Positions 26,521 through 36,993 are shown, counted from the first letter of the stretch. The stretch is DNA of 45,917 nt from Candidatus Poseidoniales archaeon (GCA_003602635.1 QQSJ01000061.1:1-45917); one strand, 5' to 3'. Notes: generated by a model not told the origin, from the letters alone. Program-made: numbers and translations.

Positions 26521-29500
26521 TCAAAACTCTGGGAAATATTTCCGCGTATAGGCCAGGGCGTCTTCTTCGCTGTAGCCTTGTTCGATCAAGTCCGCATGGT
26601 ACGCGAGAGCCTCGGGGTCATGCACAGAAGCATGGTCCAGCGAATCGGGGGATGCATCGACGTTCGCTTCAACGGCGGAGGCCGTCCCGGTCTCATGGTC
26701 GTCCTCACGCTCCTTGGCCTGTTGGGCGGCCACACGCAACGTCAGCATGAGTGAGCCGACCCCCAACAGCACCATCGCTCCGACGATGAGTACGAATGAG
26801 AACGCGTCCCCTGACGTGCCTTTGGCTGAATCATCGAGGCCGTCTTCCTCCTCATCGTCCAAGACGGGTGGCGCGAACGAGTAGGTCCCATCGTGAAGCA
26901 CCGTAGCGGGCCCTGATGGATGGGACGCAGTCATGCTCCATGTCACGTTCCAGGCCACCGAGGAACGGTGGGCTTCGTTGTACTTGATGAAGGCAGGATT
27001 GGCTTCCCAGATGGTCCACTCCATTCCAGGTTGGACGGTGATGGCCCATCCGTCCTCGGTGCCGTCAACGGCGGTCTGCCAGGTCAACGTCACGGGCCGG
27101 AACCCGTTGTTGATGATCTGGCACATGATCACGTCCGTGGCGTTTCCGTCTGGGACGGCGTCCAAACAACTTCCTCCCAAGCCGAGGCTCTGGAGTTCGG
27201 TCAAGTCGAGCAGGGTGACGTTGGTCAAGCAGCCTGAATCGTTCGTATGGCAAAGGGTGACCGAAAGGTTGGCTTCCATCGCACCGGCCATGAGAACGTC
27301 GTTGGCGACGGTCAGGAGGTCGAACGTCTCGTTGCCCTGTCCTTCGGCCACCTCGGCTTCGTGGAAGAGCGTCCCGTTCAGGGCGATCGACAAGAAGGCG
27401 GTGGGCTGATCGGTCTGGAAGTCCCATCCGACCGACACTTCCGTTGGGGTTGTACGGGTGGCCAGAAGGCGTCCAAAGACGCCAACGGGTTCCGCGACGA
27501 GGAAGTCGGCCTCCACCGGTAGGGCCGAGTTCCCTACCTCGTCAAGCACCTCGAGTCGAACGCGGTGCATCCCCTCAACCAACGCGCTCGCCGAGAGGAT
27601 CAGTTCGAGGTTCGTCGCCGGACCCATTCCGGTGCCTTTCGAATCGATTTCGCCGCCGTTTGGTCCAAACACCGTGATCGAGGCGATGGCGTGCTCATCG
27701 GGGCTCAGGGACCACGAGCCTGTGACCGTCACGTCTTCGCCAAGCAGCGCGGCAGGGGGGGTTGAGATGGAGAGGTCGGCCGGGGCCGTTCTGTCCACCA
27801 ATTGAAGGGTGGCGTCATGGCCGGGGCCGAGTCCGTCGTCGTCGGATGCTCCCGCACCGGTGGATTCTGAGAGGTGGACCTCGATCGTCCAAGCACCAAG
27901 GCCTTCGCGGCCCGGGGCCCACGCGGCAAGGTAGGCGCCCTCGGCCGAGTCCCACGGCGCATCCAGCGTGGTGGTCACGCCTTCACGGACGAGATCCATC
28001 GATGCGGTGAGGTCGCTGCGGTTTCCTGCATCGGTCACGCGGAACGTGAAATTCGGGGCATCGCCCTCCCAAGTTCCGGCAAGTTCGGCCCCTTCGAGCA
28101 ACGCGGTGCCCTCGTCCGCAGACACCTGGAGGGTGGCCACTTCGGGCATGCGATCCAGCACTGGGAAGGTGTACGCCGAGGGCGTGGACATGGCGTTGCC
28201 GCGCTCGTCGGTCATCCGGACGCTGACGCTCATGGTGCCGGGCGTGTCACGGTGGTCGGCCGTGTCGATGGAGGCCATCCAACCTCCAATGCCAGCGTTC
28301 CAAGACGTTTCGACGCGATCGGCTTCCGCACCGACGTTCGTTCCGAACCACAGATCGACCGTGGCCGTGGTTTCGTCAATGAGGTCCTCGACGACGATGA
28401 CGGTGCGTTCTCCAAGGCGAACGTCCGGTTCGTCGACGCCCCCGTAACGGTGAATGACACGATCGAGCCGCGGGGGTTCGTTGTCGAGCCACGACAAGGA
28501 AGGGTCGGAGAGAGAGATCTGCACGCCCGTGTCTGTCCCTTGCCCGGTGGCGTAGAGCACGTCATGGGATGACGACAAACCGCAGGTGGTGCTGAGGTAC
28601 ACGCTGCCGCACGTTTGGACGATGCTCGCGTTGGTTGCTGCAGCGAGGGAGAGTGGGGTTTCCATGGACCATGGAACGGCCACGTGCTCAACCGTCAAGC
28701 CAAGGTCACTCAGCGCCGTGTTGGACGAGAGGCTGAGGGTCACGTCGAGCCAAGCGCGCCCATCGCTTGCCGTGCGAGGCGTGGCGGTGGTCAACATCGA
28801 GCCAAGGTGCGCTTGCGACAGCACGAGGTCCCCGCCAGGGTTCACGTCGGTGTCGGCGTCGAACAGAGGTCCGAAGGTTGGGTGGCTCACCGTAAGATCC
28901 GCGTCCGTCAGTGTCCAACCGAGCCACAGGTGCCCGTCGTCGGCAGGCGTTGCATCGGCAGGGAGGCTGAACTCAAGCGTTGCATTGGTGATGTCCAAAC
29001 TTGCTGAAGAAGACGAGAGGCTCATGTCGGTTGGCGCTGAGATGGGTTGGTTGTCGACGGAGAGTGAAAGCCCGTCCACCGTTGTCCATCGGCCCCAATC
29101 AAAGGTCACGTCGACAACGGACGGAGAGGCCGTGCCGTTTCGGGTCATGGCGTACGCCATCTGAACGAAAGTGGCACGGCCCAAGGAGGCGTTTTGAACG
29201 GGCGCTGTGGTCCATGCAGACCACGATGGAGCTGACGTTCCCGGCGCTGACATGGAGGTCCGGACGAGGACGTCCAGCGTGCTGTTGGCCGGAACCGTGG
29301 TGCTGTGGTTCATCCAAAGCGGCCCACGGGCTTCTGGGAACGCGATGGCGTCGCCGATGAACGCCCCGCTCGGAGCTTGGAAGGAGCCCGTGGCATATCC
29401 TGACCATGTGCCGGCGGTCACGGTTCCAGCGGACCCAACGTCGCCGTCGAATCCGTCCACTCCCGTGCCGTACTTCAGGCCCTTCAAGCCGCCGCCGCCT

Positions 29501-30627
29501 GCGGTGGCGCTGATCAAACCAAGAGAGGTGCTGCCACCAGAAGTGGTCCGTGTTTGGACGTACCCGCCACCGCCGCCACCGCCGCCGTCGCCGCCGTCGT
29601 ACATGCCGAATCCTATGCCGCTTTGCTGCCCGTCTTCGCCGTCACCACCGGCACCGCCGTTGGCTGAAATGACGCCGGTCGAGCCGACGGAGAGGGTGTT
29701 GACCTGCACGTCAATGCTCCCGCCTGAACCGCCGCCGCCACCTGAACCGCCTGCGCCCGTGCCACCGTTCGGTGAAACACCTGCATCGCCACCTGCGCCG
29801 TTGGCGAGCAGGGAGCCGTTGACCACGAGGGACCCTGCGCGGATGGTGAGAAGGCCCCCTCCATGTCCGCCGTATGCATCGCCGTAGTTGCTGCTGCCGA
29901 ACACGTCGCCGCCGGGGCTTCCCATTTCTGTGCCGTTCCCGTACGTCGTGCCGCCTGTGCCCCCGTTCGTTCCTCCGCCAGCGCCACCGGCGCCGTTGTG
30001 GCCGCCACCGCCGCCGCCGTCGCTTCGACCGTTGGACGGGGTGGTGACCGAAGAGCCCGCGCCCGAACCGGAGCTTGCCGCCCCCTCGACCGAGATTGAC
30101 GTGCCTGTTTCAAGGATGATTTCACGTGCGTAGATGGTGAGGTTGGTGCCCGTGACAGTGCCGCACACACCGCTGTTGCAGATCAGGTGGAGCGTGTCAA
30201 AGGATTTCGTTCCGGTCCATTGAACGGCGGTAGAGACCTGTTGGCTTGTGTTTCCTGCTTCTGGAGGACCTCCCAGCGTGCTGGTCAAGACCAGTCCAGA
30301 TGGGGTGATGCTCGTGTTGGTGGGTGTCCCGGTGATGGTCCCTGAGGTGAAACTGTAACTCGCTTGTTCAGCGAGGGCGGCGGGGGTCAGCGTCAGATTG
30401 ACCGTACCAGAGGTCATTTCCGCTCCGGGGACCGTGTCGAAACGAACCGACCCTCCGCAACCTGCACAGAGCACGTCGTCGTGCTGAGTGCTGCCGTCCT
30501 GGAAGGAGGTTTCTGTGGCCGTCCATGAGGTTGCAGGAGCGCGTGGGGCCTCCTCCAGGAGGCTTGGGGCCACCGGAAGAACAAGGGCCGTGAACATGAG
30601 CAAGACCAACGCCACTGCGGCTCTCAT
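26521..30627 (-). CDS. Large secreted, membrane-anchored surface protein with Gly-rich domain
   Basis: Signal peptide MRAAVALVLLMFTALVLP; poly-Gly GGxGG region; T/S/D-rich beta-sandwich-like repeats; many NxS/T sequons; C-terminal TM and acidic tail. Confidence 0.8.
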   Translation of the reverse strand: MRAAVALVLLMFTALVLPVAPSLLEEAPRAPATSWTATETSFQDGSTQHDDVLCAGCGGSVRFDTVPGAEMTSGTVNLTLTPAALAEQASYSFTSGTITGTPTNTSITPSGLVLTSTLGGPPEAGNTSQQVSTAVQWTGTKSFDTLHLICNSGVCGTVTGTNLTIYAREIILETGTSISVEGAASSGSGAGSSVTTPSNGRSDGGGGGGHNGAGGAGGGTNGGTGGTTYGNGTEMGSPGGDVFGSSNYGDAYGGHGGGLLTIRAGSLVVNGSLLANGAGGDAGVSPNGGTGAGGSGGGGGSGGSIDVQVNTLSVGSTGVISANGGAGGDGEDGQQSGIGFGMYDGGDGGGGGGGGYVQTRTTSGGSTSLGLISATAGGGGLKGLKYGTGVDGFDGDVGSAGTVTAGTWSGYATGSFQAPSGAFIGDAIAFPEARGPLWMNHSTTVPANSTLDVLVRTSMSAPGTSAPSWSAWTTAPVQNASLGRATFVQMAYAMTRNGTASPSVVDVTFDWGRWTTVDGLSLSVDNQPISAPTDMSLSSSSASLDITNATLEFSLPADATPADDGHLWLGWTLTDADLTVSHPTFGPLFDADTDVNPGGDLVLSQAHLGSMLTTATPRTASDGRAWLDVTLSLSSNTALSDLGLTVEHVAVPWSMETPLSLAAATNASIVQTCGSVYLSTTCGLSSSHDVLYATGQGTDTGVQISLSDPSLSWLDNEPPRLDRVIHRYGGVDEPDVRLGERTVIVVEDLIDETTATVDLWFGTNVGAEADRVETSWNAGIGGWMASIDTADHRDTPGTMSVSVRMTDERGNAMSTPSAYTFPVLDRMPEVATLQVSADEGTALLEGAELAGTWEGDAPNFTFRVTDAGNRSDLTASMDLVREGVTTTLDAPWDSAEGAYLAAWAPGREGLGAWTIEVHLSESTGAGASDDDGLGPGHDATLQLVDRTAPADLSISTPPAALLGEDVTVTGSWSLSPDEHAIASITVFGPNGGEIDSKGTGMGPATNLELILSASALVEGMHRVRLEVLDEVGNSALPVEADFLVAEPVGVFGRLLATRTTPTEVSVGWDFQTDQPTAFLSIALNGTLFHEAEVAEGQGNETFDLLTVANDVLMAGAMEANLSVTLCHTNDSGCLTNVTLLDLTELQSLGLGGSCLDAVPDGNATDVIMCQIINNGFRPVTLTWQTAVDGTEDGWAITVQPGMEWTIWEANPAFIKYNEAHRSSVAWNVTWSMTASHPSGPATVLHDGTYSFAPPVLDDEEEDGLDDSAKGTSGDAFSFVLIVGAMVLLGVGSLMLTLRVAAQQAKEREDDHETGTASAVEANVDASPDSLDHASVHDPEALAYHADLIEQGYSEEDALAYTRKYFPEF

Positions 30628-30708
30628 GGCCGGCCGTCGAAGGCTTCGGTTTTCACAAACGTGGTGATTTTGTTTCACAGGCGGGTGATGCTGCACTGGC
30701 CGGCCCAC

Positions 30709-33651
30709 TCAGGAAAGGAGGCCTGCAAGGAAGCGCCCGGTGTAACTGGATTCGTTCGCAGCGATGTCTTCTGGTGTGCCCGTGGCGACCACGGTACCTC
30801 CCCTTCCGCCGCCTTCTGGTCCGAGATCGATGACGTGGTCGGCGCACTTTACCACGTCGAGATGGTGTTCGATGACGACCACGGTGTGGCCTTTCCCACG
30901 CAGTTCGAGCAGGACGTCCACGAGTTTTTGCACGTCGCTGAAGGACAGCCCGGTGGTCGGCTCATCGAGGATGTACACCGTGTGACGGTTGGGCGGGCGA
31001 CGCAGTTCGCTGGCCAACTTCACCCGCTGGGCTTCACCGCCAGAAAGCGTGGTCGCGGGTTGGCCAAGCCGGATGTAATCCAGTCCGACCGCGGAAAGCG
31101 TGGACAAGGTGCGGTGAATTTTCCTGTGGTTGGCGAAAAACTCCACGGCCTCCCCAACGGGCATTTGGAGGACGTCATGGATGGTCTTCCCCTTCCACGT
31201 CACTTCGAGGCACTCGCGGGTGTACCGCTTGCCTTCGCAGTTGTCGCAGGTGATCCAGACGTCTGGGAGGAAGTTCATCTCGAGCTTGATCGAGCCGCCG
31301 CCCTTGCACGCTTCGCACCGTCCGCCCTTCACGTTGAAGGAGAAGGTGCCGGGCGTGTAGCCTCGTTCCTTGGACAGCGTGGTCTTGGAAAAGAGGCTGC
31401 GGATTTCATCGAAGACCTTGGTGTAGGTCGCGGGGTTGGAGCGCGGGGTTCGCCCAATCGGTGACTGGTCGATGATGATCGCCTTGTCCACCTTTTCGAT
31501 GCCGTCGATGCTCTTGTGCTTCCCCGGAGCAGCGTCCGCGTTGTGCAGGTGGCGCTGAAGCGCGGGGGCGAGGATGCCAGAAATCAGCGAGGATTTCCCC
31601 GAGCCGGAAACGCCCGTTACGGTGGTGAGCAAACCCAGAGGGAGGTCAACGTCGATGCTCTGCAGGTTGTTGTGGGCTGCGCCTTTGATGCGCAAACGGT
31701 GGCCCCGCTTTGCCTTCGTGCGCTTTTCAGGCACTTCGATGCGCCGCCGCCCGGCCAGGTAATCGCCGGTGATCGACCCCTCCGTGGCCATGACCTCTTC
31801 CGGAGGCCCGTTGGCCACGATGGCTCCTCCTTCGAGGCCCGCGCCGGGGCCGAGGTCGCACAACCAATCGGCCTGCCGCAACGTGTCCTCGTCGTGTTCG
31901 ACCACCACGAGGGTGTTGCCAAGATCAGAAAGTTCGCGTAGGGTTTCCAACAATCGCTCGTTGTCACGCTGATGGAGCCCAATGGACGGCTCGTCAAGCA
32001 CGTACATCACGCCCGTCAAGCGAGAGCCGATTTGGGTGGCCAAACGGATGCGTTGGCTCTCGCCACCAGACAAGGTGTTCGCGCGGCGGTCCAGCGTCAG
32101 GTAATCCAAACCGACGCTGTCGAGGAAGCTTAGCCGTGATTCGATTTCCTTGAGGATCTCGCGTCCGATGAACAGGCTGCGTTCGTCAAGCGTTTCTGCG
32201 CTGTCCGCCCAGGCTTCTGGTGGGCCGGCCTCCGCGTCAGGCCACCAGGCGCGGACCAGCGCCAAGGCCTCGTGAACGGCGGCCATCGAAATTTCCGGCA
32301 ACCGAAGGCCGCCGACGGTCACGCTGCGCGCGGCGGGGTTGAGTTTCTCGCCATGGCACGTGGGGCAGGGAAGGTCCGTCATGCAGGCGATGAGGCGCGC
32401 GCGCGTGCGCTCGGACGTCGTCTCGGTGTAGGTTTTCTCAAGGCGGGCGATGATCCCCTCCCAAGGGCGGTTCATCTGGTAGACCGACCCGTTGTCGGAT
32501 TCGAAATGGAAGTGGATGACCGTGGAACCGGACCCGTGCAAGAGGATGTCCCTGTGGTCCTCGTCCAAGAGATCGAAGGGCGTTCGTGTGGGGATGCCGT
32601 AGTGTTCGGCGACCTGAATCATCAGGCGTTTGTACCACGCAGGAGACATCGACTGACGCCAAGGAAGCACCGCCCCCTGTTCGATGGTCAGGGTTCCGTC
32701 CACCACGAGGTCTTCGCTGAAGCGGCGTTGAACGCCAATACCTTGGCAATCCGGGCATGCGCCAAGCGGCGAGTTGAACGAAAACACGCGGGGGGAAAGT
32801 TCGGGCATGAAGGCCCCGTGATCCGGGCACGCGAAGTCCTCGGACCATGCGATGGTCTCGCCTGCCGCGGTCAAACGCGCCCGGCTGCCCTCGCTCAATT
32901 CTACGTCCTCGTCCGGCGCCTCGAGGCTCTCGACATGGACGGTGCCCGAGCCCAAGCGAAGGGCCTGTTCGATGGCTTCCGTGAGGCGTTGGCGTCGTTC
33001 CCGTGTGCAGCGGAAGCGGTCCACCCGCGCATCGACGTCATGGCGGTAGGCCTTGTCGAGGGTTGGGGGTTGTTCGAAATCGGCCTCATGGCCGTTCACG
33101 CGCCCCGCCAGCAACCCCTGCTCGACCAGTTGGCGGAACAGGTCTGCATGCGTTCCTTTTCTCGCCCGGATGATGGGGCTCCACACGGCCACAGCGTGTC
33201 CTTCGAGTTGCCAAAGAACGTCGTCCACGATCTCCTGAACGGTGCGTCGAGCAACCTCTCGACCGCACACCGGACAGTGGGGTTTGCCGACGCGCGCCCA
33301 GAGAAGTCGAAGATAATCCTGGATTTCCGTGACCGTCGCCACGGTCGATCGAGGGTTGTGTGACCCTTGCTTCTGGTCGATGGAAATGGCCGGAGAGAGG
33401 CCTTCAATCCCGTCACAATCGGCTTTCTTCATCTGGCCGATGAACTGACGAGCGTAGGATGAGAGGGACTCGACGTAACGCCGTTGCCCTTCCGCATAGA
33501 GGGTGTCGAACGCGAGGGAGGACTTCCCGGAACCCGAGACGCCGCTCACCACCACGAAGCAGCCTCGTGGCAGCCGGACGTCGACGTCTTGCAGGTTGTG
33601 GGTCCGCGCACCGCGGACCTCAATCCATCCTGCATCGCCGGGTTTCGACAT
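30709..33651 (-). CDS. uvrA: Excinuclease ABC subunit A
   Basis: GARTHNL, two [10 protein letters not shown] Walker A motifs, Zn fingers, [28 protein letters not shown]. Confidence 0.98.
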   Translation of the reverse strand: MSKPGDAGWIEVRGARTHNLQDVDVRLPRGCFVVVSGVSGSGKSSLAFDTLYAEGQRRYVESLSSYARQFIGQMKKADCDGIEGLSPAISIDQKQGSHNPRSTVATVTEIQDYLRLLWARVGKPHCPVCGREVARRTVQEIVDDVLWQLEGHAVAVWSPIIRARKGTHADLFRQLVEQGLLAGRVNGHEADFEQPPTLDKAYRHDVDARVDRFRCTRERRQRLTEAIEQALRLGSGTVHVESLEAPDEDVELSEGSRARLTAAGETIAWSEDFACPDHGAFMPELSPRVFSFNSPLGACPDCQGIGVQRRFSEDLVVDGTLTIEQGAVLPWRQSMSPAWYKRLMIQVAEHYGIPTRTPFDLLDEDHRDILLHGSGSTVIHFHFESDNGSVYQMNRPWEGIIARLEKTYTETTSERTRARLIACMTDLPCPTCHGEKLNPAARSVTVGGLRLPEISMAAVHEALALVRAWWPDAEAGPPEAWADSAETLDERSLFIGREILKEIESRLSFLDSVGLDYLTLDRRANTLSGGESQRIRLATQIGSRLTGVMYVLDEPSIGLHQRDNERLLETLRELSDLGNTLVVVEHDEDTLRQADWLCDLGPGAGLEGGAIVANGPPEEVMATEGSITGDYLAGRRRIEVPEKRTKAKRGHRLRIKGAAHNNLQSIDVDLPLGLLTTVTGVSGSGKSSLISGILAPALQRHLHNADAAPGKHKSIDGIEKVDKAIIIDQSPIGRTPRSNPATYTKVFDEIRSLFSKTTLSKERGYTPGTFSFNVKGGRCEACKGGGSIKLEMNFLPDVWITCDNCEGKRYTRECLEVTWKGKTIHDVLQMPVGEAVEFFANHRKIHRTLSTLSAVGLDYIRLGQPATTLSGGEAQRVKLASELRRPPNRHTVYILDEPTTGLSFSDVQKLVDVLLELRGKGHTVVVIEHHLDVVKCADHVIDLGPEGGGRGGTVVATGTPEDIAANESSYTGRFLAGLLS

Positions 33652-33701
33652 GGGCCTCAGGCGAGGTTCCGGTCAACGGTTCTTGAATCCCTGCCTGCTG
33701 T

Positions 33702-34580
33702 TCAGGAGACGAAGGGCACGGGTGCTTCGAAGCGAACTGGCTCCTCGGATTCGGGGTGGAGGAACTCCAACGCGTGGGCGTGCAGGGCAACGCGGCCAAG
33801 CGGATCGGCGCTCGCTCCGTGCAGATGGTCGCCAACGATTGGGCAGCCCAATTTCCGCAACGCCATTCTGATTTGGTGGCGGCGGCCGGTCTCGATGAGC
33901 AGTTCCACGTCGGCCACAAGCCCGTCCTCGTCGAGGACGCGGTAGTGGGTGATGGCCTCCCGCGCTCCTCGATAGCCGGCCTTCATTTCCCGCACGTTGA
34001 GATGGCTGTCTTCCACGAGGTGGGCCACGACGGTCCCTTGGTTGGGTTCTGGACACCCCTCGGTCAACGCGCGATAAATGCGGTGAACGTCGCGGTCGGC
34101 GAACTGCCGTTGGAGGTCGTCTTTGTGGCGGGCGTGACGTGCGAAAACCATCACCCCTGAGGTCTCTCGGTCCAGGCGATGCACGACGTGAACCCACGCC
34201 CGCTCCCCGTGGTGAGCGCGTACATGGGCGACGCAGCGGCTGTGGAGCGTGTCGTCCTCAAGTTTGTTCGTCGCCACGGAGAGCAATCCTGCGGGTTTGT
34301 TCACCACCAGGATCGCTTCGTCCTCAAACAGCACGTCCAACTTCGGGCCCTTGGGCCGTTTTTGGGGCGCAGGATGCTGTTCTGTCGCGACGGTGCGCGC
34401 CACGACCTCCACGCGCTGTCCTGCAGAAAGCACGGTTTTTGCAGCATGCACCGAGTCGCCGTCCACCTGCACACGGCCTTGCGTGAGCATCCGACGAAGG
34501 GTGCCCGTGGAACTGTCTGGATGGATGCGCCGCAAGGCGTCGAGAAGGGTCTCGCCTTCCTCGGCCTGCGTCTCCTGCAT
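33702..34580 (-). CDS. RluA-family pseudouridine synthase with S4-like N-terminus
   Basis: VVNKPAGLL, VHRLDRETSG, TGRRHQIR, PIVGD, LHAHALEF. Confidence 0.92.
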   Translation of the reverse strand: MQETQAEEGETLLDALRRIHPDSSTGTLRRMLTQGRVQVDGDSVHAAKTVLSAGQRVEVVARTVATEQHPAPQKRPKGPKLDVLFEDEAILVVNKPAGLLSVATNKLEDDTLHSRCVAHVRAHHGERAWVHVVHRLDRETSGVMVFARHARHKDDLQRQFADRDVHRIYRALTEGCPEPNQGTVVAHLVEDSHLNVREMKAGYRGAREAITHYRVLDEDGLVADVELLIETGRRHQIRMALRKLGCPIVGDHLHGASADPLGRVALHAHALEFLHPESEEPVRFEAPVPFVS

Positions 34581-34700
34581 GCTCGTCCATCGGGGCCTGA
34601 GGGATGAGGCATCCGGTGCAATTCGGTGTGCGCTGTTTCACTTAACGTTGAAATATTCTCGCCGAAGAGTGCTTTCGTCCGCCTGGACAGGAGATGAAAC

Positions 34701-34781
34701 ATGGCCGTCGAATCCGCAGAACACCACCAAACCCTGGTGGGCTCGGGTCACGGCCAGTGGCATCGTCGTCGCTTCAATTGA
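34701..34781 (+). CDS. Candidate 26-aa small protein (MAVESAEHHQTLVGSGHGQWHRRRFN)
   Basis: AGGAGA SD 6 nt before ATG; GTTGAAA box upstream; hairpin right after the stop. Below the ORF-track length cutoff. Confidence 0.35.
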   Translation: MAVESAEHHQTLVGSGHGQWHRRRFN

Positions 34782-34790
34782 CGTCGATGC

Positions 34791-34809
34791 GTCGCCCATG
34801 TCGGGCGAC
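34791..34809. other. Hairpin GTCGCCC-ATGTC-GGGCGAC (possible terminator or processing site)
   Basis: Perfect 7-bp stem with a 5-nt loop between the small ORF and the tRNA promoter region. Confidence 0.4.
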
Positions 34810-34858
34810 ACCCACAGAAGGTCAAGCCACCCAATGGGTGCCGTGGCCTTCGTTTCAG

Positions 34859-34933
34859 GGGGGCATGGTGTAACGGAGAGCACAACAGGCTGCGAAGCTG
34901 TAGATCCGGGTTCGATTCCCGGTGCCCCTTCCA
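34859..34933 (+). tRNA. tRNA-Arg(GCG) with encoded CCA and atypical features
   Basis: Acceptor GGGGGCA/TGCCCCT, D-arm GTGT/GCAC, anticodon loop CT-GCG-AA, T-arm CCGGG-TTCGATT-CCCGG, then T-CCA. Confidence 0.85.
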
Positions 34934-34958
34934 CTCACGACCACATGGAGGGAAGACC

Positions 34959-35615
34959 TTGACAGACAACGATGCATGGGACGGCGTAAATTGGGACTTG
35001 GATTTCGAGTCCTTCGAATGGATGGTTCACCTGGCCGCGTGCTTCAACCGCCACCTTCCAGCCAACGCGTCTTGGACGGTGTGGCCAGACTGGTCCGCCG
35101 ACATGCCTGGCTTCGTGGTCGACGAACATCGCCCTGGGTGGCTCTCAGCCTGCCACTTTGTTCACACGCACCCAAGGATTTCAGTCAAGGGAAATTCGAT
35201 CACCGTCATCGATTCGCGTGGCACGGCAAGGGTGTTGGAGGACGTGGACGTCAGTTCGAGGTGGTGGCACGTGGATGTGTGTTCAGAATGGAACGTCCCG
35301 CTTGAGGTGGTGGCTGCGCTCGACGCACGCCATGGCCACTCGCCGTCTCACAGGTTCGTCCCGGGGCAGATGGAGCAGGTTTGTTTGGGGGTCGACGACG
35401 ATGCGCTCTCGTATGGCCTCGGTCTTGCCGTGGTGCTTCAGACGATGCTCGACGAGGTGGCGTTGTTTGACAAAGCCACGGATTTTCACGCCGCAAGGTG
35501 CCGCTTCTGCCGCGAAACAACGTACAGGCAAGGCCTCAGAGGCCAGGGGTTCGAACCCGGAAAGGAAGTGGTGTTCACCTGCGGGTCCTGCACGCGTGAA
35601 CCGTTGACGAATTGA
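34959..35615 (+). CDS. Hypothetical protein with C-terminal Zn ribbon
   Basis: GGAGG SD before TTG; Trp/His-rich; CRFC...CGSC. Confidence 0.65.
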   Translation: MTDNDAWDGVNWDLDFESFEWMVHLAACFNRHLPANASWTVWPDWSADMPGFVVDEHRPGWLSACHFVHTHPRISVKGNSITVIDSRGTARVLEDVDVSSRWWHVDVCSEWNVPLEVVAALDARHGHSPSHRFVPGQMEQVCLGVDDDALSYGLGLAVVLQTMLDEVALFDKATDFHAARCRFCRETTYRQGLRGQGFEPGKEVVFTCGSCTREPLTN

Positions 35616-36935
35616 TCAGACTTCGACGAAACCTGTCGCCACGGCGAACACCATCAGCACAAACAGGGCTCCCCCGGTGACCGCGTGTGCGGTCAGGTGG
35701 AGGAGGATGCGCGCGCCCCGTTCGTCGGTGGCCGTGAACGGCCAGAGTTTCTCGGCTTCCTCCCGACCACCTCGTAACCCGACCAAGGGCCGCAAGTACG
35801 CCGTACGACGGAACAAGATGAAGCACGCCAACACACCTGCCACCACGAAGGGTGTGCCAAGGGCCGTTGACGTCCACCAACTCATGCCAAGGATGCCTGC
35901 CACCGCCATCCATGGAAAGGTGATGTGGAAGTGCATGATGTAGGTCGGATACACCGCCTCGTTCAACCACGACAAGGCGCGGCTTTTCCGGTTCAGCAGC
36001 CGCGCTCCCCATGCGAAGATCAGGAGGCACCACATCCACGCATGGAAGGTTTGCAGGACCGTCCCGCCCGTGGTCAGAAGGGAGAAGGGGTCCCGCCCCC
36101 ACATCGCCCAGCCGCCTTCCATCAGCCCTCCTGGGCCGTCGTGTTTGATGGAAAACCAAAGCACGCTCAGTGGGAGGGTGGTGGCCAACAGCCACCAGCG
36201 CAGGGCTTCGATGCGCTCAAACCACGCAGCGCCTGTCTGGATGGCCAAGTAACCGAACAACGTGAACAAGAAGTAGTGAGGGAACTCCCACCACATGCCG
36301 ACCTCGCCGTAATGCCAAGGCTTGGTGAGCACCGCAGAAGCGGCAAGGATGAGGGCGGGCACGATGATGAGAGCAAGCCCTCGTCCGGCGTCGACGGTCC
36401 AACGCGCCGCACGCACCGGTCCTGATTCTGGGTTGCTTCGGACGTACGCGAACAATGGCGCGAGCATCACCGAGTACAGGAGCAGGTTTCGAAGAAACCA
36501 CAGGTGCGCATACGGCATGGCGTCCACGCCAGGGAACGGTACGAGCATGAGCCACAGCGTCTCGATGGGCGCGATCAGTCCACCGAGCAAGACGTACGTG
36601 GCGAACAACAGCGGGACGCCAAGGCGGATGAGGCGTTCGTTGAGGAAGGTCTTGAGATCCCTTCTGCGAAAGGCGAAGGCCGTGCCCATCCCAGAAATGA
36701 GAAACAGTGCGGCTAACCGCCATTGGTGCATCACGTCCACCACAAAGGCCACGCCAACGGGCGCCTCGCCGTCAGGGAACAGCCAGAAGGTGAACACGCC
36801 AAGGTGGAACCAAATCAGCAGCCCAAACAGAATGACGCGCAGCCAGTCCAGATCGTGCCTCCGGGTTGGCGTTCCCGCCGAGGGAGCGGGATGTGGCAAC
36901 ACAGACAAGGTGTTGCTGGGCAGCGTTGGCTGCAT
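35616..36935 (-). CDS. Acyltransferase-3 family (OpgC/MdoC-like) membrane protein
   Basis: RRHDLDWLRVI, WRLAALFLISG, ERLIRLGVPL, HLWFL, LNEAVYPTYIMH. Start 36935 has CTTGATA 23 nt upstream. Confidence 0.87.
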   Translation of the reverse strand: MQPTLPSNTLSVLPHPAPSAGTPTRRHDLDWLRVILFGLLIWFHLGVFTFWLFPDGEAPVGVAFVVDVMHQWRLAALFLISGMGTAFAFRRRDLKTFLNERLIRLGVPLLFATYVLLGGLIAPIETLWLMLVPFPGVDAMPYAHLWFLRNLLLYSVMLAPLFAYVRSNPESGPVRAARWTVDAGRGLALIIVPALILAASAVLTKPWHYGEVGMWWEFPHYFLFTLFGYLAIQTGAAWFERIEALRWWLLATTLPLSVLWFSIKHDGPGGLMEGGWAMWGRDPFSLLTTGGTVLQTFHAWMWCLLIFAWGARLLNRKSRALSWLNEAVYPTYIMHFHITFPWMAVAGILGMSWWTSTALGTPFVVAGVLACFILFRRTAYLRPLVGLRGGREEAEKLWPFTATDERGARILLHLTAHAVTGGALFVLMVFAVATGFVEV

Positions 36936-36993
36936 GGCCGCGTGCTGGCTCGGAGAGATATCAAGCAATGGGGACAACGGTGCCTTTCCGTGC

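Noticed and set aside
34600-34857. SRP RNA or RNase P RNA in the rluA-tRNA spacer
   Set aside because: Lacks the SRP helix-8 motif and RNase P conserved regions; the minus-strand ORF 34638..34934 overlaps the tRNA and is also rejected.
34859-36977. Possible integrated island at the tRNA
   Set aside because: No integrase, and I found no duplicated tRNA 3' end (att site) in the window.
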